A stretch of 64,000 nucleotides of DNA from Spirochaetota bacterium (GCA_043803405.1 JAZDKB010000018.1:96001-160000); one strand, 5' to 3'; counted from the stretch's first letter, positions 49,472 to 60,785 are shown. A program made the numbers and translations. The notes: generated by a model from the sequence alone, not told the origin.

Positions 49472-49894
49472 ATGGCTAAAGACACCTTGCATACTTACGA
49501 AGCTAAAATATCGGTTCCATTCCACGACTGCGATCCAATGCAGGTTGTTTGGCACGGCAATTACTTTAAATATTTTGAGATCGCACGTGATGGACTGCTT
49601 TTCGGTCTGGGAGTCGATCTCCAGTCGTATTTCGGAAAAGAAAAATACGTTTTCCCCATTATCAAAACTTCGTTAAAGCACATTTCGCCGTTAAGGCACC
49701 GCGATGAATTTATCTGCAAAGCCACTCTGCTGGATGCAAAAATTAAGCTGGAATTCTCTTTTGAGATACGCCTGCTTAAGGACAATAAATTATGTGCTAA
49801 AGGGAAAACCGAACAGGTTGCCGTAAAATATCCTGAAATGGAAATCATGTTCAGCATCCCTGACGAAATACGCTCTGCCCTGGGTTTTGAATAA
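49472..49894 (+). CDS. Acyl-CoA thioesterase (YbgC/4HBT hotdog)
   Basis: VPFHDCDPMQVVWHGNYFKYFE.AR. Confidence 0.92.
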   Translation: MAKDTLHTYEAKISVPFHDCDPMQVVWHGNYFKYFEIARDGLLFGLGVDLQSYFGKEKYVFPIIKTSLKHISPLRHRDEFICKATLLDAKIKLEFSFEIRLLKDNKLCAKGKTEQVAVKYPEMEIMFSIPDEIRSALGFE

Positions 49895-51624
49895 TGGATG
49901 ATATTTTTAATAAAGCGCTGGTTACAGGATTTGAACGCGTTGCAGCGTGGGCCGACCTTCTGGACGGGATAAATGTTTACCCGGTCGCGGACGGGGACAC
50001 AGGTCGCAACCTTACAGTGAGCCTTTCCCCGTTGCGCTTCCCTGGAAAAGAACGCAAAGATATTATTAAAGCTCTTCTTTTTGCTGCGCGCGGCAACTCT
50101 GGCAACATTGCTGCGAGATTTTTTTCCGGCTTTCTTGCTGCTGAAAGCATGGAGGCGCTTACTGATGCTGCTGAGAACGGGCGCAACGCAGCGTGGGAAG
50201 CTGTGAGCAAACCGCGCAAAGGCACAATGCTTTCGGTATTTGACGCACTTTCGGAAACTCTCCGCAAAAAGACATTCGAAGCTGACGAAAAATCAGTATC
50301 TGAATTGCTCGATCATCTGGAAAACGCTGTTCACGCTACTGTTGCTCAGCTTGCGCGTTTAAAAAAAGCGAACGTAGTTGACGCGGGCGCTCTCGGCATG
50401 TTCATTTATTTCGAAGGATTTTTTAACGCTCTGGCCGGCACAGGCAAATATCGTCCCATAATGAAAATTTTTAAGAATAAGCTTGCAGTTTCAAACGCGT
50501 TTCATGAAAAACCGGAAGCAGGCTATTGCGTGGATTTAATATTAAAGGCAGACTCTAATTCAGAGGAAGCCGTGAAAAAAGCGCAGTCCGATAAAAGCGC
50601 GGTAATAATAAGAGAAAACGATTTTATAAAAATACATATTCACACGGACGACAAGCTTGGAGCGCGTGATAAGTTTGAATCGTTCGGACTTGTTAAATGG
50701 GCAGACGATGATCTGTGCGCGCAGATCCTGGATTTTAACAGCGCGCATAAAAAGCAGGCAATACATATTATGAGTGACGCTGCTGGGTCGCTTACTCATA
50801 AGGACGTCAAGGATCTCGGCATTACGCTTCTGGACAGCTACATTACCGCAGAGAGCGCGTGCGCACCGGAAACGTATTTTGATCATAACGAGCTTTATAA
50901 ATCAATGCTTAGCGGAGTAAAAGCGTCTACATCACAGGCGTCCGATTTTGAAAGATTTCAGCATTATGAAAGCGTACTTAGCAGGCATAAAAGAGCGCTG
51001 TATCTTTGCGTAGGTTCTGTTTATACGGGCAATTACAGGACCGCTATGGACTGGAAGAATAAGAACGATAAGGAAAACAGGCTTACTGTAATCGACACAG
51101 GGACAGCGTCCGGAAAGCTTGGACTGATTGTAATTGCTGCTGCCCGATACGCACGCGAAGTATCAAGCCCTGAATCGGTAATTAAATTTGCCGAAAAAGC
51201 TATTGCCTTTGCCGACGAGTTCATTTTTCTCGAAAAACTGCATTATCTCGCAGCAGGAGGCCGCATGTCCAGGACCGGCGCTTTTTTCGGAGACATGCTT
51301 CACGTAAAACCCATTGTTAGCCCGCATTCAGACGGGGCTGCGAAAATCGGTATAGCAAGGAACAATAAAGATCAGCTTGAATTTCTTTTCAGGAAACTTG
51401 AGAGCGCTCTTAAACACGACGCAAGAGCTCTTATAATGCTTGAGTACACAGACAATCCCGGCTGGGTCGAAAATAAATTAAAAACAGAAATTAAAAATAA
51501 ATTTCCGAATGCCGAAATACTGGTTCAGCCACTCTCGCTCACTACAGGTGTTCATACGGGCCCCGGCACATGGGCAGTTGCGTATCTTGACATTGACGCA
51601 ATCAAAACGAATTCCAGGATTTAA
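49894..51624 (+). CDS. DAK2 (FakA-like) - DegV (FakB-like) fusion
   Basis: NVYPVADGDTG.N, ARGNSG, GTML, VDAGA, KIHIHT; then SDAA, STSQ, IDT, LAAGGR, HTGPG. Confidence 0.9.
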   Translation: MDDIFNKALVTGFERVAAWADLLDGINVYPVADGDTGRNLTVSLSPLRFPGKERKDIIKALLFAARGNSGNIAARFFSGFLAAESMEALTDAAENGRNAAWEAVSKPRKGTMLSVFDALSETLRKKTFEADEKSVSELLDHLENAVHATVAQLARLKKANVVDAGALGMFIYFEGFFNALAGTGKYRPIMKIFKNKLAVSNAFHEKPEAGYCVDLILKADSNSEEAVKKAQSDKSAVIIRENDFIKIHIHTDDKLGARDKFESFGLVKWADDDLCAQILDFNSAHKKQAIHIMSDAAGSLTHKDVKDLGITLLDSYITAESACAPETYFDHNELYKSMLSGVKASTSQASDFERFQHYESVLSRHKRALYLCVGSVYTGNYRTAMDWKNKNDKENRLTVIDTGTASGKLGLIVIAAARYAREVSSPESVIKFAEKAIAFADEFIFLEKLHYLAAGGRMSRTGAFFGDMLHVKPIVSPHSDGAAKIGIARNNKDQLEFLFRKLESALKHDARALIMLEYTDNPGWVENKLKTEIKNKFPNAEILVQPLSLTTGVHTGPGTWAVAYLDIDAIKTNSRI

Positions 51625-51634
51625 TAATTTTAAA

Positions 51635-52375
51635 ATGAAAAAAATGAATAAAAACAAATTTGCCGTTATTATACCTGTTTACAATCACGAAGAAATGATA
51701 GCCAGTGTTGTGAAAAATACACTTCAACTCGGCTTTCCTGTTTTCGTGATTGATGACGGATCAACAGATAATACTTTCGAGAATATAAAAAAAATAAAAG
51801 GCATTAAGATACTGCGACATAATGAAAATAAAGGGAAGGGCGCCGCGATACTGACAGGATTTAAAGAGGCAGCCAAAACTGCCGACTGGGCTATTACTAT
51901 TGACGGCGACGGCCAGCACAATCCAAAGGACGCTCTTGCCCTGATAAACGCGATCCCGCAGGGCTCGCGGCCTGTTGTGATCGGCAAGCGTGAGAAGATG
52001 TTCGGGAGCGACGTGCCGTGGACAAGCAGGTTCGGCCGCGGATTTTCAAACTTCTGGGTAAGGCTTTCTGGCGGGCCTGCTGTTTGCGATACGCAGAGCG
52101 GGTTCAGGATTTATCCTTTGCCGGAAATGCTTGCCATAAAAACAAAGGCAATGCGATACCAGTTTGAACTGGAACTGCTCGTAAAAGCACACTGGAAAAA
52201 AATCCCTGTAATTGAAGCTCCTGTAAGCGTAACTTATTCGCCAGGCACAAAGCGCGTTTCCCATTTTCGGCCTTTTATCGATTTTATGCGCAACTCATGC
52301 GTATTCTCCAGGCTTATCTGCTCAAGAATTTTTATTCCGGCTTATGTGCGCAGAAAAATCAAGTATTCCGAATAA
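51635..52375 (+). CDS. Glycosyltransferase family 2
   Basis: IIPVYN, DDGSTD, NKGKG, DGDGQH, DTQSGFRIYP. Confidence 0.92.
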   Translation: MKKMNKNKFAVIIPVYNHEEMIASVVKNTLQLGFPVFVIDDGSTDNTFENIKKIKGIKILRHNENKGKGAAILTGFKEAAKTADWAITIDGDGQHNPKDALALINAIPQGSRPVVIGKREKMFGSDVPWTSRFGRGFSNFWVRLSGGPAVCDTQSGFRIYPLPEMLAIKTKAMRYQFELELLVKAHWKKIPVIEAPVSVTYSPGTKRVSHFRPFIDFMRNSCVFSRLICSRIFIPAYVRRKIKYSE

Positions 52376-52563
52376 TATTTATCTGAATATTGCAAAAAAA
52401 ATAATAATATTAATATCTATTAATACTTAACTCAATAATCTATATAGTTGTTATTGAGTAAATTTTCGTTGATTATTATTTCTATCTATGTTATCGAGAA
52501 TATACTTCATTTATTGATGATTTAAAAAGTATTACGGATATATATTTACGAGGTAAAAATAAA

Positions 52564-53223
52564 ATGGCACAGATATTATCGGATAACGACCGCGGCAGGC
52601 TGGATAAGCTTGTAGAGGAAGCAGAGAAAAGCACAAATGCCCAGATAGTGCTTGCTGCTGTTAAGCGCAGTGACAGCTATGCCGAACTGCCATGGAAGGC
52701 GTTTGCCCTTGGCGCGTCTGTTGCAGGATTGCTTGTTTTTTATTTTGATTTGCTGTCACCAGGATGGGGTTCAGACACAATGGTTCTTGTCTCGGTTGCG
52801 AGCATACTTGCTGCAGGCGCTGCATTCGCGCTTTTGGCAATAGTGCTGCCTGTTTTCGGCAGGCTTTTTTTATCAGCCGATAGAGCTGAAACTGAAGTAC
52901 GGCAATACGCCGAGTCGCTCTTTCTTTCACGCGAGATTTTCGCCACGAGCGGGCGCACAGGCATCCTGATGCTTATCAGTATGTTCGAGCGGGAAATCGT
53001 TATTCTTCCGGATAAAGGGTTGGCTAATAGATTAAGCGAAAATGCAATGCAGAACATCATTTTAAAAATGACCGCTCAGCTTAAACGAAATGAAATTGCA
53101 GGCGCAATGGAGACAGGTGTTAAGGAGATCGGCAAAACTCTCGGAGCCACAGCATCCGCAGCAATTAAGAGTGCAGGCAAAGATGAACTGTCCAATGAAA
53201 TCATTGAGGAGAAGGGCGTATGA
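52564..53223 (+). CDS. TPM-domain membrane protein
   Basis: EAEKST.AQIV, T.GRTGIL..IS..E, DEL.N. Confidence 0.85.
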   Translation: MAQILSDNDRGRLDKLVEEAEKSTNAQIVLAAVKRSDSYAELPWKAFALGASVAGLLVFYFDLLSPGWGSDTMVLVSVASILAAGAAFALLAIVLPVFGRLFLSADRAETEVRQYAESLFLSREIFATSGRTGILMLISMFEREIVILPDKGLANRLSENAMQNIILKMTAQLKRNEIAGAMETGVKEIGKTLGATASAAIKSAGKDELSNEIIEEKGV

Positions 53224-54179
53224 AAAAGACATCCTTATTACTATTCATATCAACTATAATTCTGTCTGCGTCTATCGCAGGCGCTGCGGATGTCCCTTAC
53301 CTTACAGGCCGTGTTACGGACAACGCGCAGCTTCTTTCTGCCGAAACGCGCAAGTCGCTTGCTGAAAGCCTTAAAGCGCACGAAAGCCGCACAAGCAATC
53401 AGATTGCGGTATTAACGATTCCCACGTTAAATGGCGAAAGCATTGAAGATTACGCTGTCAGGGTTTTCAAGGAATGGAAACTTGGACAGAAAGGCAAGGA
53501 TAACGGCATCCTAATTATTGTTGCGCCGAATGACAGGCGTATGCGCATTGAAGTCGGTTACGGACTTGAAGGGACAATGACGGACTTAATGGCAGGCCGT
53601 ATAATCCAGAATATCATGACTCCAAAATTCAAAAGCGGGGATTATAATTCCGGAATTGCTGAAGGTGCGAAAGCAGTCATTGATGTGCTGGAAGGCGGGC
53701 AGGTACAGGAAACTGCTGTTAATAAAGAAAATACCGAAGAAAAATCCGGCTTTTTAAATATTCAGGGTCCTGACATGTCTATCACTGAACGCATTCTTTT
53801 CGGGGCATTTATTTTCGGAATTATTGGGCTTTTTACTGTAATAGGAATACTTACTCCGGGCATAGGCTGGTTTCTGTATTTGTTCTTAATTCCGTTCTGG
53901 GCAATGTTCCCGATTGTAGTTTTAGGTACAGGCGGAGCATTTGTCTGCTTTATAACATATATAATTGCCTTCCCAATAATTAAACTATTCATTAGTAAAT
54001 CCAAGTGGTATAGTAAAGCAAAAAAGGATCTGCGCACAAAGGGAAAAGCTTCCATAGGCGGATTTGTGTTTTCATCCGGAGGATCGGGCGGGTCATGGTC
54101 GTCCGGGAGTTCGGGAGGCTCAGGCTTTTCCGGCGGGGGAGGATCGTCCGGTGGAGGAGGGTCATCCGGGAGCTGGTGA
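53220..54179 (+). CDS. TPM-domain (YgcG-like) protein
   Basis: DNGIL..RRMRIEVGYGLEG; Gly/Ser tail ending GSW. Confidence 0.92.
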   Translation: MKKTSLLLFISTIILSASIAGAADVPYLTGRVTDNAQLLSAETRKSLAESLKAHESRTSNQIAVLTIPTLNGESIEDYAVRVFKEWKLGQKGKDNGILIIVAPNDRRMRIEVGYGLEGTMTDLMAGRIIQNIMTPKFKSGDYNSGIAEGAKAVIDVLEGGQVQETAVNKENTEEKSGFLNIQGPDMSITERILFGAFIFGIIGLFTVIGILTPGIGWFLYLFLIPFWAMFPIVVLGTGGAFVCFITYIIAFPIIKLFISKSKWYSKAKKDLRTKGKASIGGFVFSSGGSGGSWSSGSSGGSGFSGGGGSSGGGGSSGSW

Positions 54180-54193
54180 ATCGCCTTATTTTC

Positions 54194-57100
54194 TTAATCA
54201 TATAGAAATTTTACATTAAGGCAGGATTCAATAATATCGAACAGCTCCTGCTCCTTAAAAGGCTTTCTTAAAAATGCGTTTGCGCCTGCATTCAGCGCTT
54301 TCTTTTTATCCTCGCTGAAAGCGCCTGCTGTTACTGCAATTATAGATATATTATTATCTTTAATTTCCCTGATAGCTTTTATGGCCTCGTAACCGTTCAT
54401 CATAGGCATTCTCATATCCATCAGTATAATATCGGGAGTCCATTCCTTTGTTTTTTCAACTGCTTCAATCCCGTTGGATGCTTCCTGAATTTCAAAACCT
54501 ACAGGCTCCAGTATTTTCTTAAGCAGAACGCGGTTATCGGACTTGTCGTCGGTTATAAGAGTTTTATATTTGTTTTTTCCCGGTTTTATTTTTACAATGC
54601 GTCCTTTGCGTACTTTCTTTTTCTTTTGCAGTTCTTTTCCGGTTTCAATATTAACCTGAATTGTAAAACATGAACCTTTCCCTGTCTCGCTCTTAAGAGT
54701 AATATCGCCTCCCATTAACAGGGCATACTGCCTGCTTATGGTAAGGCCTAAACCTGTGCCTCCCTCGTTTATTCCGGCCTCGGTTTGCCCGAACACGCGG
54801 AACAGCTTTCCGATTTCATATTCAGGAATACCTGGGCCTGTATCTTCCACTTCAATTTTAAGAACACATTTATTTTTGCTTATTCCCTGAGTATTAACTT
54901 TCACAATAATGCCGCCTTCGTTCGTAAATTTTTCGGCATTACCTATAAGATTAATGAGAATCTGCTTTAACTTTGCTTCATCGGCAACAACAGTCCCAGG
55001 CAGGCTTTCCGGATATACCATCTCGAAGTTCAGATTTTTGGTTTTTGTCTTTAGACTGAACATTGCCTCAACATCAGATAATAATTTACGCAAGTCAAAT
55101 TCCGAAACATTCAGTGTTACCTGCCCTGCCTCTATTCTCGACATTTCAAGAATGTCGTTTATTATGGACAGCAAATGTTCCCCGCTGCGGTTTATTGTTT
55201 CAAGCGATTCGACCTGTTCCGGATTAAGATTATCGTCGTACATCATTAGTTGGCAAAATCCGAGTATCGAATTAAGCGGAGTTCGTATCTCGTGGCTCAT
55301 GTTGGAAAGAAATGTGCTTTTAGCCCGGTTGGCGTTTTCCGCCAATTCTTTGGATTCTTTAAGCGTCTGCTCGGCGATCTTAAAAGGAGTTATATCCCGG
55401 TTAATGCCTATAAGCCCTGAAACATTTCCGCTGGAATCTTTTAAAGGCAGTTTTAATATTGAATACCATCTTTCATTTTCATCCGGATGCCTGATAATTT
55501 CCTCATAGTTCATTGTCTTTCCGTAATTTAATACTTCCTGTTCATCTTTATAATAATTTACAGCTTTATCATACGGGAGAAGGTCAAAATCGCTTTTACC
55601 TGTAAGATCATTTACATTTGATTTGCCGAATATCCGCAGAACATGATAATTCGTAGTGATGAACCTGCTTTCTTTATCCTTTATGTAGATTTCATCTGGA
55701 ATATTATCTATGAGAGTGCGAAGTAGATTCCGTTCTTTCGCGAGTTCACCGGTGCGAACTTTAACAAGCTCTTCCAGATGCTCATGGTATTTCAGTAATT
55801 CATCTTCGTTTCGTTTGCGTTCGGTAAAATCATCAGAGACTGCTATAATTTCCCCTGAAGGCAGCTTGTATACATAATTCTCATACCAGCCGGACAGTTT
55901 ATTGTCTTTATATTGAGTTATAGGAAAACGCTCGGGATTGCCGGTTTCCCACACTCTTTTAAGAACATCAACAAGACCGGATTCTTTTATTGATAACCTG
56001 GCATTATGAATACTTCTTCCGATTAGATTTTCCTTTTGCTCATTATCTATTGCTTCCCCTGCCTTGTTAAAATCCTTGAATATAAAATCGTTTCCATTGT
56101 CTAATGCCTGGTAGATGGCTACACCGCTGCTAATATTGTCAAATAATTCCCTGTATCGTACTTCGCTGTTCCGTAAATCCTCTTCCGCCTGTTTCCGCTC
56201 AGTGATATCGCGTATATTACAGTGTATTACTTCTTTGTTATGTACCGGATACATGCTGCTGATAAATTCCACAATAAGAACCCTTCCATCTTTTGTCATT
56301 AGGGGTATGTTATCAAAGCGAAGGTATTTGTTTCTTTTAAGTTCGCTGAATGAATATTCCGAAATATATTCTTTATTAAATAAATCAAGCTGGCATAATT
56401 TTTTTCCTATTACTTCATTATTCGAATAACCGAGCTTTTCCTGAATTATTGGATTTGCATCAATGATGTTTCCCGTAACAGGATCTATTATTACAATAGC
56501 GTCCTTTGCTGTTTCAAAAAGCCTCCTGTACCTGAGTTCACTTTCCTTCAGCTCTTCCTGGGCAAGATTACGGCTGAGCGCAAAAGCTATGATGTTTGAA
56601 ACTCCTTCGAAAAACTCTATCATCCCGGATGTAAACATGTTCCGCCGCCTGTCATTTAACTGGAGCAGCCCGATTGTCTCCTTCATGCTCTTTAACGGAA
56701 TAAGAGCGACCGACTCATAGCCCTCGGCGTTGCACCTGTTGCGGAGGCTGGGCTTGCTGTCCTTTCCTTCAGCAGATTCCATGAGATTGGTAGTTGAGTT
56801 TGTCCAGAAGCTCCCGCCCTTTGTAAAAAATGAAAAACCGGCATTCGTTCTGCCGCAGATAATATTTCCGCACATACATTCCAGATGTGCGTTGCCCATT
56901 GTGTCCCGGACTATTGTTCCGCCAGGGTCAAACGCGCAGAGGTAATTCTCGGCTTTCACAAACAAGTCCGGAAATCCTTTTGTATGATAATAGGGATAAT
57001 CTTCCCCGTCTTTTAGCCTGACGCCTACGCATTCGAATCCCATATTATTGCTGATTTCAACCGAGATATTTCGTATTGCCTCCAGCGTGTTCTCAGTTCC

Positions 57101-57403
57101 GTTTAATATAGCCATAATATTTTTTGTAAGATTGGAATATTTCTCAGCCTGCTTGCGTTCCATTCTTTCCTTGTCGTGCATTTCATTTTCTTTTTTATTC
57201 ATTTGAACTGCATTTACATAAAGGATAACAACAGTAATTATAATGAGAAGAGCATTTATTGCCATCATGCCCGGAATAAATGATTTGAGAATATTCAGGT
57301 TAAATATCCAGCCTGCCAGCCCCAGACATCCGATTGCCAGGGAAGTTAGCCCTGCAGCAAGAATGAATATTTTTATAAAACCGGTATTTAGTATTAGTTT
57401 CAT
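54194..57403 (-). CDS. Hybrid sensor histidine kinase (GAF, 3 PAS, HisKA, HATPase, REC)
   Basis: MSHEIRTPLN, NLIGNAEKFT, DTGPGI, GTGLGL, ILMDMRMP, KP. Confidence 0.95.
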   Translation of the reverse strand: MKLILNTGFIKIFILAAGLTSLAIGCLGLAGWIFNLNILKSFIPGMMAINALLIIITVVILYVNAVQMNKKENEMHDKERMERKQAEKYSNLTKNIMAILNGTENTLEAIRNISVEISNNMGFECVGVRLKDGEDYPYYHTKGFPDLFVKAENYLCAFDPGGTIVRDTMGNAHLECMCGNIICGRTNAGFSFFTKGGSFWTNSTTNLMESAEGKDSKPSLRNRCNAEGYESVALIPLKSMKETIGLLQLNDRRRNMFTSGMIEFFEGVSNIIAFALSRNLAQEELKESELRYRRLFETAKDAIVIIDPVTGNIIDANPIIQEKLGYSNNEVIGKKLCQLDLFNKEYISEYSFSELKRNKYLRFDNIPLMTKDGRVLIVEFISSMYPVHNKEVIHCNIRDITERKQAEEDLRNSEVRYRELFDNISSGVAIYQALDNGNDFIFKDFNKAGEAIDNEQKENLIGRSIHNARLSIKESGLVDVLKRVWETGNPERFPITQYKDNKLSGWYENYVYKLPSGEIIAVSDDFTERKRNEDELLKYHEHLEELVKVRTGELAKERNLLRTLIDNIPDEIYIKDKESRFITTNYHVLRIFGKSNVNDLTGKSDFDLLPYDKAVNYYKDEQEVLNYGKTMNYEEIIRHPDENERWYSILKLPLKDSSGNVSGLIGINRDITPFKIAEQTLKESKELAENANRAKSTFLSNMSHEIRTPLNSILGFCQLMMYDDNLNPEQVESLETINRSGEHLLSIINDILEMSRIEAGQVTLNVSEFDLRKLLSDVEAMFSLKTKTKNLNFEMVYPESLPGTVVADEAKLKQILINLIGNAEKFTNEGGIIVKVNTQGISKNKCVLKIEVEDTGPGIPEYEIGKLFRVFGQTEAGINEGGTGLGLTISRQYALLMGGDITLKSETGKGSCFTIQVNIETGKELQKKKKVRKGRIVKIKPGKNKYKTLITDDKSDNRVLLKKILEPVGFEIQEASNGIEAVEKTKEWTPDIILMDMRMPMMNGYEAIKAIREIKDNNISIIAVTAGAFSEDKKKALNAGANAFLRKPFKEQELFDIIESCLNVKFLYD

Positions 57404-57716
57404 AAAAGAAGTTCCGTCTTTTATGCTGAATTTATAAAAATTTAAACTAACAGATAATTATAAATGATGTTTAGATCTGATTGTTCGTTAATCTGTCTGA
57501 ATTACATATTTCAGGATATCAATATAAGCAGGTTGCTAAGCGAAGCATTATTGATGCTGTTTGATTTATAGTATAAACCACCTGGCAAATAAAAGCAAGA
57601 ATTTTATGTTTAATAAAAGTCATCGGATTATTTTGATTGACTCGAATGTATTCACTTCATAATTAAATTACTCATCTGTTAAACTTACAATTTTACATAA
57701 ATGGTTTTACCAAACA

Positions 57717-60700
57717 ATGAACAAAACATTTTTAAAATTCAGATGGCCTTTTATTATTTCTTTGATAGCAGTCATTGCTTTGCTTTTTGTTTACAGGCTG
57801 CAGTATTTTACAGTTGATACTGACCTTATCGAATACCTGCCTCATGATGACGCAGTTTTAACGGATGCGCGTGCTGTTATCAAGCATCTGCCGTTTCAGG
57901 ACAAAGTTGTAATCGACCTCTGCCTTAAAAAGATAGACAGGGACATCCTTGTTGAAGGTGCGAATTTTTTTGAAGAAAGACTGAGAAAGAGCGGCCTGTT
58001 TAAAAATGTCGGCATTGACGAAATGCAGAAACTGTTCCCTCCGCTTATAATGCATATTACTAAAAATCTTCCTGTCCTGTTTACGGCAAAAGAGCTGGAG
58101 CGTGATATTAAACCGATGCTTTCCAGGCAAAACATAAAAAAAGCTCTTAATCAAAATCTGGCGCAACTGCAGAATCTTGAAGGCATTGGGCAATCTGAAT
58201 TTATAATGTACGATCCGCTGGATTTTAAAGGTCATATAATATCAAAGCTTTCGGACCTGGTTCCTTCAAAAAAAGCTTCCATTTACAGAGGAAAACTGAT
58301 CTCGCAGGATGAAAAACACCTCCTTATAGTTACTGAGCTAAACGGTTCCGGAACTGATATTGCGACTTCGGAAAAGATAAACGATTTAATTTATAGCATT
58401 TCCGCGGATTTTAAAAAGGTTTATAGCCAGAAGGGATATAACTTTGAAGTCAATCCTGTAGGCGCATATCGCGCTGTGCTTGATAATTCATCCGCGACAA
58501 AGAAGGATACTGAAAGGGCTGTTACGATCTCCACGATAATAATCGCGATCCTGCTTATTATTGGCTTTCCCAGGCCGCTTGTTGGACTGCTCGCTCTATT
58601 ACCGTCTATACTCGGCACGGCACTGGCGTTCATAGTGTACTCGCTTATACACAGCTCCATATCGGTACTGGCAGTCGGGTTCGGGGGCGCGATCATTTCA
58701 TTTACAGTCGATTACGGGATTACGTACCTTTTATTCCTCGACCGGCCTTACGAGACTTACGGGTTCGAAGCGACAAAGGAGGTGTGGACTCTGGGGCTCC
58801 TCGCAATGCTGACTACGGCAGTATCTTTCGCGTTCCTTTTTTTAAGCGGCTTTCCTGCTCTCGCACAGATCGGCGAATTCGCGGCTCTTGGTGTACTCTT
58901 TACTTATATATGCGTTCATCTGTTTTTCCCTGTAATATTTCCGGTAATGCCGCCTGCGAAACGAAAAGGTTTTCTGCCTTTACTGGCTTTTGTTAAAAAA
59001 CTGATATTCTCCGGCGGAAAATACAGATTCATTGCAGCTGTTGTTTTTTGCATAATAATGCTGTTCTTCGCAAAACCTGTTTTTCAAGTTGATATAAGTT
59101 CAATGAATTCGGTAACGGACAAAACGCTGGAATCCGAAAATATGGTAAAAGATACATGGGGCAACATATTAAACCGCATATACCTGATGAGCGAAGGCAT
59201 GGATGCTGAGGAATTACAGGACAGGGGCGACAGGCTTGCTCGCATGCTGGAAAAGGACATTGAAAACGGCGTCGTTGCTTCAGCTTTTATGCCGTCAATG
59301 ATTTTTCCGGGCACTGACAGGGCAAACGAAAACCTGAGCGCGTGGAAAAAATTCTGGAACAAAAAGCGGACTGCCGAATTTAAAAAAAACATATACGCTG
59401 CCGCGCATGAGGCCGGCTTTACGCAGGATGCGTTCCGCAGGTTATTTGACATGATAGAGAAAAAAGACTATAAAGCTGCCCCAATGCCTGCCGAATTTCA
59501 CGGCATGTTCGGCGTTTCCAAAAAAAGCGATACGGAATGGATGCAGTTCTCGATTCTGACTACTGCGAAAGATTATAAAAGCGAGGATTTTTATTCAAGA
59601 TACAGCAAAGCAGGGATTAAGCTTTTCGATCCCTGGCTTTTCAGCGAACGTCTGGCTAAACTGCTTATGTCCGGATTCATTAAGATGGCACTGATAGTCG
59701 GCATCATAACTGTCATTGTAGCTCTACTGTATCTGCTGGACTGGCAGCTTGCTTTGATTTCAGTTATCCCGACAATTTTTTCTCTTATTTGCACATTCGG
59801 CACTTTAAATATTTTAAATCAGCCTCTCGGTATTCCTACTATCATTATTATAGTGGTTGTCATCGGCATGGGAACTGATTACGCGATCTATCTTGTAAGG
59901 GCTTACCAGAGATACATGGATGAGGAAAATACATCTCTAAGGCTTGTGCACATGTCGGTGTTTTTGTCGTTCGCGACAACATTTGCGGGCTTCGGCCTTC
60001 TCGCATTATCCAGCCATTCGCTTCTTAAAAGCGCGGGGCTCAGCCTTGGCCTTGGCATAGGATATTCGTTCATAGGTGCTGTGATGCTTGTGCCGCCTAT
60101 GCTGAAATACGTGTTTACGCAGAAATTGCAGGCAGATGAAAACATCATCGCCGGTTCGGCAGAGCATTTTAAGCATGTTATGAAGAGATACAGGCATATT
60201 GAAGCTTACCCGCGCATTTTCGCGCGCTTTAAAATGAAGTGCGACCCGATGTTCCCGAGACTTGCCGATTTTGTAAAGCAGCCGAAGCAAATACTGGATA
60301 TCGGGTGCGGATACGGTGTTCCGTCCGCATGGCTTCTCGCGATTTATCCGGATGCGCGCGTGCACGCGCTGGACCCGGACGCGGGACGCGTTTACATCGC
60401 GTCCAGAGTTATCGGAGAACGCGGGAGCGTCGCGGTCGGGAGCGCACCGGATCTTCCTGCTGTCGGGAACAAATGCGACACAGCACTCCTTCTCGACATG
60501 ATACATTATCTGAATGACAGCGATCTTCGCGCTACTCTAAAATGGGTTTGTAAATATCTTACAAAAAAAGGAAAGCTGATAATACGGGTAACGATGCCTA
60601 CGGAAAAAAAATTCCCATGGGAAAGGATGCTGGAACATTTGCGCGTGAAACTGTTAAAGACAAAAGCATATTTCAGAACTGCTGCGCAGCTCGAAAAGAT

Positions 60701-60785
60701 GATAAAAGAAGCAGGACTTAAAGTTAAGCTGACTGAACCTACAAAGAAAAACCGCGAAGAGACGTGGATAATTGCCGAGAAATGA
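57717..60785 (+). CDS. MMPL/RND-like exporter fused to class I SAM methyltransferase
   Basis: Two TM bundles with VDY / GTDY; C-terminal ILDIGCGYG. Confidence 0.88.
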   Translation: MNKTFLKFRWPFIISLIAVIALLFVYRLQYFTVDTDLIEYLPHDDAVLTDARAVIKHLPFQDKVVIDLCLKKIDRDILVEGANFFEERLRKSGLFKNVGIDEMQKLFPPLIMHITKNLPVLFTAKELERDIKPMLSRQNIKKALNQNLAQLQNLEGIGQSEFIMYDPLDFKGHIISKLSDLVPSKKASIYRGKLISQDEKHLLIVTELNGSGTDIATSEKINDLIYSISADFKKVYSQKGYNFEVNPVGAYRAVLDNSSATKKDTERAVTISTIIIAILLIIGFPRPLVGLLALLPSILGTALAFIVYSLIHSSISVLAVGFGGAIISFTVDYGITYLLFLDRPYETYGFEATKEVWTLGLLAMLTTAVSFAFLFLSGFPALAQIGEFAALGVLFTYICVHLFFPVIFPVMPPAKRKGFLPLLAFVKKLIFSGGKYRFIAAVVFCIIMLFFAKPVFQVDISSMNSVTDKTLESENMVKDTWGNILNRIYLMSEGMDAEELQDRGDRLARMLEKDIENGVVASAFMPSMIFPGTDRANENLSAWKKFWNKKRTAEFKKNIYAAAHEAGFTQDAFRRLFDMIEKKDYKAAPMPAEFHGMFGVSKKSDTEWMQFSILTTAKDYKSEDFYSRYSKAGIKLFDPWLFSERLAKLLMSGFIKMALIVGIITVIVALLYLLDWQLALISVIPTIFSLICTFGTLNILNQPLGIPTIIIIVVVIGMGTDYAIYLVRAYQRYMDEENTSLRLVHMSVFLSFATTFAGFGLLALSSHSLLKSAGLSLGLGIGYSFIGAVMLVPPMLKYVFTQKLQADENIIAGSAEHFKHVMKRYRHIEAYPRIFARFKMKCDPMFPRLADFVKQPKQILDIGCGYGVPSAWLLAIYPDARVHALDPDAGRVYIASRVIGERGSVAVGSAPDLPAVGNKCDTALLLDMIHYLNDSDLRATLKWVCKYLTKKGKLIIRVTMPTEKKFPWERMLEHLRVKLLKTKAYFRTAAQLEKMIKEAGLKVKLTEPTKKNREETWIIAEK

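Noticed and set aside
54075..54179. GC-rich low-complexity repeat
   Set aside because: Normal Gly/Ser tail of YgcG-type TPM proteins.
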